From NCBI RefSeq assembly GCF_018977255.1, contig NW_024704761.1, positions 5,828,001-5,892,000 of the forward strand: a DNA stretch of 64,000 nt. Reading direction: 5' to 3'. A program made the translations under genes and the position numbers. The notes beneath the pieces are model-generated. The model made no database searches, was not told the DNA's origin, and was given only the letters and a program-made list of their open reading frames with translations. This stretch comes from Callorhinchus milii (taxonomy: Eukaryota). This document shows positions 57,971 through 64,000 of this stretch, in pieces; the first letter of the stretch is position 1; every line of letters begins with the position of its first letter.

Positions 57971-59069
57971 GTACAGTATTATCCACAGCAATAAAATATA
58001 AAATGGCCCAACATTTCATATGAACGTTTTACTTTTTGAATATCTGTCCATCTAATCTTAAATATTCAGTGAGCTCACCAGATATACTATGAAACTAGTT
58101 TTTCTACAGGTGAAGACACTACATGGTTCACCATTATAATCCAATGTTATTTTTGAATGATTCAGTTTGAATCCAGTATTTCAGATAGTATTGTTTTGTT
58201 CAAACTCCTTTTTTTTATTTTATGCTATCACAGTCCCTGGACAGAAGGATAGAGGTAGAGTTGTAAATAAACATGTGAGATGTCACAAGTTATTGTGATT
58301 TTTCTTTTCTTCTTCCTCTCACGTGAATGTATTGTAAGAAAAAAATCATCTGCAAAAAAAGTTACAATAACAAATCCTTTAAAAAACTGCAGCGAAGTAA
58401 TCTTTTTACCCTTTTCTGATAAAGACACTTACGACATGTTCAAGAGCTGCATGTGTTACTGATGTTATAGTAAAGTAGTAAAGAAATTGACCTAGCCAGA
58501 AATATAAAATGGGTAATTTAACTCTAATTCTGTAGTTGCTGATGTACATTTCTCCTATTAAGCAACACAATCACTGAATCTTTCGTTACCTCCTGAATGC
58601 ATACATCTTGCCTGGAGAATGGTGCAGTGTAATCTCTATGTACAACCAGTATGGTTGTGTGATTGGTTTCCAAAACAAAATGTTGCCTAACTGTTTATCA
58701 AGAAAGCAGTTCTACGAGGTTGATCACTACCTAAAAAAATTTTCAGCCTATCTCTGCTGAATATATCAATGAAAATGTGGGAGTGTAGTTGATCATGTCT
58801 TAATGATGGTAATTGCTAGCAACAAAAAAACGTACTTTTAGAACCGTGAAACCTTACGCACAGGCCATTCAGCTGAACATGTAGGCTGTTTTTTTTGAGA
58901 TAACAATCCATTTAATCCCACCTATTTGCCGGTTAAATTCTAGAATTAATACATATGGATGTGTAAAATAGTCATTGTGATAACAGACTATCATCCCAAC
59001 GAAAGTTAAGAGTAAAATAAGATGGTATAATCATTGAATTATTGAACCCCCCCTCCCCCCCAATCACCA

Positions 59070-59990
59070 AAAGTAAATTCTGGGGATGTATAACTAACAT
59101 AATTGAATACAAATCCAGTGAACTGGTACTGGTAAGCATTAGCAAAGCACTTTTGAGTTTTGGTGATCATATCTTCAAAAAGACATGGATCTTTTGAAAA
59201 CTATATTCTTGCACACAATTTAATTCAAAGACTTGAGGCGAGGAGCTGCAGGATATCTTTTCTTAACTGAACTGGAAGACAATTTAAATGTCTGAAAAGC
59301 AGTACTGGGGAAGATTTTTTGAGGAGAGAAGAAAAACCAAAGTAGCTAAACAAATAGTCACCTAAAGCAGATTTGTTTACACTGAGATCTAACATTGTAG
59401 TGAATGCTGAATTACTTGCACAAGGAGGGTTATACTGACTTGTGGTTGGTGGTTCTCTTGTTCCTTTGTACCATGTCAATCGTGACACTTTATAGATGTT
59501 GGATAGGAGTGGAATGCTCAATGTGCATGGTCCACTTCAGCCACCCGCAGCTCTTTAAATCTACTTGGCAGCTTGAGGAGAGAACGGAGTCCCACTGGCA
59601 AATGGACTACTTTCAATGTGTGTTGTGGCCCACATTCATTTTAGGGGCCTTCTACAGCTCCAGCTGTTAAATCCGAGCAACTGCACAACTAATACGGTCT
59701 CAGAATCCCTTCTTTGTGTACCTGAAATAGCTGAAATGTTGTTCATTTTGACTGCTCCGTCCACTGAATTTTGTACTAAATTCATCTAGTCTGCAAATTG
59801 GTATAAACATTCGTGTTATAGAAGGGCATTATGCCAGCTTGATTGGACAGGGAGTGGAAGGATATTAACTAGGTCAGAGTGAAGCTGAGTTAGTAAATGT
59901 TTGTCTGGAACTGTAACCCAGCGTATTGACTGTCAAATGGAATGAGAATGGCTGAATTGCCTTTTCTTGTTTTTAGTCATCTTGTGCTCT
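59070..59990 (+). mobile_element. Fragmented, very old CR1-type LINE relic(s)
   Basis: ATTCTGGGGATGTATAACTAACATAATTGAATACAAATCC (ILGCI...IEYKS-like) and 3' UTR-like ATGGCTGAATTGCCTTTTCTTGTT; boundaries uncertain. Confidence 0.4.
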
Positions 59991-61875
59991 TATATAGTCT
60001 TGAGGATCTGAGGACACACACCTCTTACTATAGAATGGACAAGGACCAATTAAACATTCTAAAATAACTTTGCCTACATGTTTACTGTAGCTTCAAAACA
60101 TTTTTAACAAAAAGACTAGGTGTGCATATTTTTTATTTTCAAATGTATCTGGTAGGGTAATTTGAGAGATTTTACTGTATCATTCAGTGAGGTCATGATC
60201 TAAATTCTTAAGAAAGTCACTGTAAAAGACGAGGAGCTTATCCTGTGAAGTGCCCTATAGTTTGATACAGAAAAGTTGCTTATTGTAGATTAGGCCAAGC
60301 GGCTGACTGACAAACAATGACTTTGGAGTTAGCCAATGCAAAAGATTGTGGCAAAGGGTAGTGGCATCTGCAGGATCTGGAGATGGAAAACTTTCAGCTG
60401 GGTATGAATGCATTCCAGTGTTCCAAATTCCCTGCAGAGACTTTCCTTTAGCTCAAAAGAACTATGTCAGTTATTTGACCCTTGGAAATGTAAGCAGGAG
60501 GACGTGGACTCCAGGGTTGGTATTCTGGAACTTTAAAGAGGAATGGATGGTCTGGCACATCTTGATAAAGATTGATGTCCTAAAGATTGAAATGATGAAT
60601 TGTAAATACAGTTGTGTGCTTCCTGAACTCAAGAGACTCTCCACAACAGGAGCTTGTGCTTGCCAATGTTTTGCTATCTGATGCCAGTGCACACAATATT
60701 GACTTCCTTTTGGCTGTTTTTTTTGTTGTATAATTGTCACATTTCTGAGTGAATACTTTGCGATTTCAGCTCTTGTGAAGTAGAAAGTGGCTTTCTCTCC
60801 TCCTTGCTGCTTGTTTTGGTTTAATGATGTAAACTTTCTATTTAAAACAGTTAGTTATGGTGTAACATGAAAAAACATTGAAGCCCTTGGATTGTTAGTT
60901 TCTCCCATAATTGATGGAATCCTTAATTTGTGGAGGTTTTGCAGCAAATCTAGAATTCCATCAAAAATATTCTTGGAATGTTCCCCAATTATTGGGAAAT
61001 AATTTTAAAAAACAATTTGAATCCTGTTTGCAATATTTTGACCGAACAGCATTTAGTTTTTTTATTAAATGTGAGTATGATTTCAGTATTATGGACTAAA
61101 GACAACCGTATTTCCCGATCCTGAATTTTGCAAGTAAAATTTTCATTGTTCAACACAATTTTTCCAATTTGTGATGGGAGTGTAGAAGTAGCAGATTGTC
61201 AGAAATTGCTTGCTAATTATTGATCATGGTCAAAGCTGTAATACTGCATAATTTCCTGTGATAGACAGGAAGTTCCAACAGAACATTTTTCTGTTTCCCC
61301 CTCACCCCCCAAAAAAAGTTACATTTGTATTTTTCTGATTCAGAATGGAAAGGAAATGGTTTTCATAGCTTATGGTGTTTCACTCAAGCAGAGACATAGC
61401 TGTCTTGTATTGTGCAGATCTCGAAAAGGAAATGTTGAAAGCTGCATATGTTTAGTTAGTTGCAGGAGGTTTGTCATACTTTTTTGAACTGACGAATAGA
61501 TTAACACCAAACCACATCACTTCCTGTAGATGTGTGCAATGTGGCTGTATGTTTGCAGTCTTGTAACTTTGTTTATTTGCAAGCAGAGATGGCAAAATGG
61601 AGAATTAAGAAACCATTCAGGAGCAGACAAATTTTATAACTGCACACTGGGCCGACCATGAAATGCAATTTGAAATTGTAGATAACGGAATTAACATTCG
61701 CACTCATTGAGTTAAGCCACTTAGTGACTTGAGTTCCAGTTCATGCCATGTAATAGAAGAATAATTATATATTTCATTACTTCATACCAGCTTCATTATA
61801 GACATGGCATTTTGTGGATCTGGATTCAAACAGGGCTGACTACAAAGTAGGGTACTCTTGTGATAGCTGCTGCCC

Positions 61876-61983
61876 CCCAAAATATACAGTCCGTTCACTT
61901 TACAGTATATTCTATGAAGTGCTTTGAAACGTTTCGAAGACGTGATAAGGCACTATATCAAATGCAAGGATTATGATTATTAT
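61876..61983 (+). mobile_element. SINE 3' tail fragment
   Basis: Family tail. Confidence 0.85.
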
Positions 61984-62574
61984 AACTGTCTCCCCTCTTG
62001 ATTATCCAGTTTACCATTATGAAATTTGCTGACATTTTGATGTCATCAGCACCTTATCAAATGCAAGATTTTTTTTTATTGTTATTACAGAACAAGGTAT
62101 TGATAGCTATCATATTTGTATTTTCATGGTTCAGTATTATTGCTATATCAAATACAAGGACTATTTTATTTTTATTGCAGAACAATGTGCTGATGGCTAT
62201 CCTATTTGTATTTTAATAACACAGAGTTAGACTTTTCAGCCTTTCATATTGAAAATTGTAGAGTGAACTACCCACTAGCTTTGTTTTATAGACATTTATC
62301 TCAATTAGAGCAAAATATGATGGACTGTTATGGAAAGTACAGTAAATAGGAAGAAAGTTAGTGAAAGAGGTTCGAGTCGCGTGACAGTTGATGTGAAATC
62401 AGCAGATTTTAATGTGGCTTTTGAAACTGATAATCAACAAAGGCCTTTTTCAAGTAATGAAGTCTAACATCATGCTAACACCGAGCTCAAAAGTGGCTCT
62501 TGACGGTTCTCTAGATTGACTTGAAAGGACATGTTGTTATGCTGTTAAATTTTCCCAAGAGTAGGCATAATTCA

Positions 62575-62660
62575 TTTTTAATCCTTGTATTTGATATAGC
62601 GTCTTATTGCACTGTTGACACGTCTCAAAGCGCTTCACAGAATATATTGTAAAGTGGATT
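62575..62660 (-). mobile_element. SINE 3' tail fragment
   Basis: Family tail. Confidence 0.8.
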
Positions 62661-62845
62661 TTGTGAAATGTTTTCTACCTATTGGTAATGGTAATGCTGG
62701 GCTGTTCTGAGTTCAGGACAATTGCACCAGAGCATTTCTGTATGCAGAAGGATTGATTGAACACAAACAATGTGCCTAATGTTTTCACGTCTCCACTGGG
62801 TATTCAGTGATGATTAAGCTGGACTGACTATTTTCCTCAAAACAG

Positions 62846-63019
62846 GAAGAGGCCAAACAGATGCACAGTCAGCAAAAATCAGGTTCACGCTCTGACTCAC
62901 GGGAGGATGAAATCTCTCCACCTCCTCCCATGAACCCCGTAGTGAAAGGACGGCGACGGCGTGGGGCAATCAGCGCTGAAGTATATACAGAGGAAGATGC
63001 AGCATCTTATGTGCGGAAG
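62846..63019 (+). CDS. PRKAR1A: PRKAR1A second coding exon (174 nt; linker with pseudosubstrate site); gene continues beyond window
   Basis: CAG acceptor; [58 protein letters not shown] (RRGAI is RI-alpha-specific); donor GTACTA at 63020. Confidence 0.96.
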
Positions 63020-64000
63020 GTACTAAAGCCCCTCCTTTATACTGTTTTCTTCTCCCTCCCCCCCACCCCATTTCTCATTTATTATAATATCTTTTGAGAA
63101 CAAATTAGTCAAGGGGGTGCTGCAGCCAAGCATGTCTTGAGGGTATTAGACAGATTTGCTCTGGCCCTTTGCCAGTTGATTTGTGCTCCCGCTGGTCATT
63201 ATAGTCAAATGATTGAACTCAAAAGTGTCAATGTGCACAATATTTTAATTTAAGATTGTAAAATGGAGCCAAGGGCAAGGCAATACACGTCTAAATAAGT
63301 GATCTGGCACAGGAGCTAGCAAAGGACTCTTGAACTCAATACGTTTTGTGACGGTCATAGAAATTAATCAGCCTATCTACGTAATGGTGTATGTTTTGCC
63401 ACTGCTCCTATCCTCCCAAAAAACCCTGAGGCATATGGGCTTGGAGGAGTTGTTTACTGCTTCTTGTTCGTATATACACTACCTTGCATTTGTCTATATT
63501 AAAATCAGCCTTGCACTTTTATGCTATCCATCTGCTAAATCTGTTTACATCTTGTAATTAAGATGCCGACTTTGTTGAAATTGAAATTTGATTTCATTGA
63601 AAACTATGGCTTTGTATATAGTTGGGATATATTTCCTTTCACCGGATGACTTGTGCAAACTTTAGAACTGATTTCTGGATAAGTGAAAGTCAAGATACAA
63701 ATCATTGGCATTAACAGATGTAGTCTTCTATCCACATACTAAACAAGATGTAATGGATCTACCAAAGCATGAAGGTCACTGTTTCCTATGTGCAGAAATG
63801 AATGCTAACAGGCAGTTGCTCAAAGTGCAACATCAGCTGAAATGGTTGAGGATTTATTGGATTCAAACCGCTCTCAAGTTAGCTAGTGAAGAAAAGGTGC
63901 AACTTTCGAAGAACATTTTGTAAACGTAGATGTGTTCGCCAAATGAATTCCTGTCAAGAGTTTGGCAGCAGGTTTAAATGGCTGCCACGTAAACTCTTAA

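Noticed and set aside
55732-63019. Assignment as PRKAR1B
   Set aside because: Linker [12 protein letters not shown] and pseudosubstrate [10 protein letters not shown] are RI-alpha type
253-63923. Numerous 60-130-aa ORFs containing [23 protein letters not shown]
   Set aside because: Translations of the non-coding SINE tail

Overview
Eukaryotic (vertebrate) genomic DNA with two assembly gaps; the repeat content (tRNA-Ala-headed SINE with an L2-type tail, Deu-domain SINE, CR1/L2 relics) suggests a cartilaginous fish, probably a holocephalan such as elephant shark (inference). Three spliced protein-coding genes are supported: CBX8 (+, 5 coding exons, 16446-19000, ~442 aa, 8 nt of exon 3 lost in a gap), CBX2 (-, 5 coding exons, 48039-37743, 578 aa) lying tail-to-tail with CBX8, and the first two coding exons of PRKAR1A (+, from 55732, running off the window), head-to-head with CBX2. 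The rest is intergenic/intronic DNA with ~30 SINE copies or tails, LINE fragments, micro/minisatellites and CpG-rich regulatory candidates. No wholly new gene system is demonstrable from sequence alone. The best leads are: a strong-context uORF in the CBX8 leader; divergence of CBX8's AF9/ENL-binding motif; replacement of CBX2's phospho-serine tract by an acidic tract plus loss of its second AT-hook-like motif; a minisatellite abutting the PRKAR1A promoter whose unit matches the SINE tail; a 134-bp hairpin element and a decayed coding-like relic between CBX2 and PRKAR1A. Comparisons with human proteins/elements are from memory and need database confirmation.
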